This document shows, in pieces, positions 59,152-60,876 of a stretch of DNA of 60,876 nt. The first letter of the stretch is position 1. Each line of letters opens with the position of its first letter. The position numbers were made by a program, and so were the translations under genes. Origin of the DNA: Octopus sinensis (lineage: Eukaryota); assembly GCF_006345805.1 (NCBI RefSeq), contig NW_021832136.1:1-60876 (forward strand), read 5' to 3'. The notes beneath the pieces were generated by a model, which worked only from the letters and a program-made list of their open reading frames with translations, made no database searches and was not told the origin of the DNA.

Positions 59152-60192
59152 CTAGCAGTATCGCCGGGCGTTGCTCGGGTTTGTAAGGGAAATAACTATA
59201 TAAGCATTTTTAGAGATGTAAAGTATAATAGCCATCTCAATATGGCAAACCACAAAGGAGGGGTGTTACTGTAGCTTTTTACGTTCTGAGATTTAACAAT
59301 ACATTTTTAGAGAGTTACTTCCCTTATATAATAGCAAAAAAATGCATTAAAAATGGGAAAAAAATGATGGTAAATTTTTTTTAAATCGTAGACTCATCGT
59401 AGACGCGCGCTAATACCCATAAGGGCTCGATATGAATCACGACTATAATATACCCGCTTTTGGTTACACTGCACCGCAAAATGTGGGAGTAGTTAGGAAT
59501 CTAAATCATAGGAGACAGACAGCACACAACTTCACTTTTATATATAAAGATATATATATATTTGTAGTATTTATTTGATACTATATAACTACGAATTGAT
59601 TATTTCATTAAGTATTTCATATTAATTTATTTTAGCTATACGATTTTTGAAAGTTATTAGTTAGCCAACGAGATATCTATATATATAAAACTGTAGTTGT
59701 GTGAGTGTCTGTCCCCTTCGATTTAGATTCCTAACTACTCCCACATTTTGCGGTGCAGTTTAACCAAATTCGGGTATCTTATAGTCGTGATTCATATCGA
59801 GCCCGTCTGGCTATTAGCGCGCGTCTACGATGAGTCTACGATTTAAAAAATAATTTAACATCATTTTTTATTCCATTTTAATGCATAATTTTTCGTGTGT
59901 CGATGGCGGCGGAGTTGGCGTCCACGCTCAAACACCTGCACCTGTGTTTGCTTCTCCCCCTTCTTCCCTCCCTCGTGAAGCTGTGGGGAAGGGAGTGTAA
60001 GGAAATCAACGTCGTAAAACGTTGTCAAGGAGACCAGCGTTCTTTTAGAACAACGACTTGATGGCTTGAAGACACCAAAACAGAAATGGCTAAGAAAGCC
60101 CGAATTGGCATCTATAAAGGAAGTAGCTCTCTAAAAATGCTTATATAGTTATTTCCCTTACAAACCCGAGCAACGTCGGGCGATACTGCTAG
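59152..60192. mobile_element. Two divergently oriented Helitron-like family B copies (59152-59550 minus; 59676-60192 plus)
   Basis: Same termini as the 37687-38877 units. Confidence 0.75.
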
Positions 60193-60876
60193 TATTTAGA
60201 TAATTTGCTATAGCGTTCGTTTAAGATTGTTTGTTTTTTTGCAATTAGATATTTCATTTTTATTAGTAATAATGAATAATTCATTTATTAGGTCTTTATT
60301 ATACTACGTGCATATATAGTTATTTATAGAGATAATTTTAGATCTTAATTCTAATATTTATATATATTTTTTCATTGATAATTTATACATTATTCAAATA
60401 TTATATATCTATTAATATGAATAGTAATTTTTTTTTGTAAAATATGTAATTAGATATTGACTATAACTGATATTAGATTATTTGTGGGTTTCTTACCTTA
60501 AAAATTAAAAATTAATATTTAACATGGCGGTGCCCCAGCATGGCCACAGCTCATAAGCTGAAACTAGAATCAATCAATCAATCAATCATTATAATCGATT
60601 GTATGACATAATCATAATCGTTAAGCTTCTAATTTGATAATAGAGTTTTTTATAAGAAAAATTATTTTAAAATTATTTCTTTAAAAATATTGTTTACGTA
60701 TTTCTGATTATTTATTTAAATATTTTAATTCACCTGAAGATTGACTATAACCATTATTCGAATTATTAATTGAATTTAAATTATTGTTATTCGAATAGGT
60801 ATATGGGCATGAAACGATCGTAGTGATTTTACTCTTTATCTTATATTAAACTTTTAATACTTTTTGATAGTTATAC

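Overview
AT-rich, microsatellite- and repeat-dense eukaryotic DNA. The SINE families, (TA)n load and TTAGGG-bearing MITEs point to an octopod cephalopod (inferred from recognition, not a search). The main hidden structure is one long minus-strand gene that the ORF track mostly misses. Reading splice signals by eye gives 19 phase-compatible GT-AG exons between 48825 and 8598, plus a candidate last exon at 4000-4073, about 1100 codons in total. It encodes an unassigned N-terminal segment, one VWA domain (with a 1-nt homopolymer frameshift), and five tandem ~119-aa modules (122-nt exon A + 235-241-nt exon B) joined by 84-nt phase-1/1 exons carrying C-x8-C-x8-C. The modules arose by intragenic duplication, and some B exons are more diverged than their flanking introns. 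The introns hold two Penelope-like retroelements, several hammerhead-ribozyme motifs (including one in a tRNA-headed SINE-like element), tandem non-autonomous Helitrons, 8-bp-TSD MITEs (one expanded into a ~5-kb satellite), RTE/CR1/mariner/hAT fragments, many SINE copies and several long hairpins. All alignments and identities are by eye.
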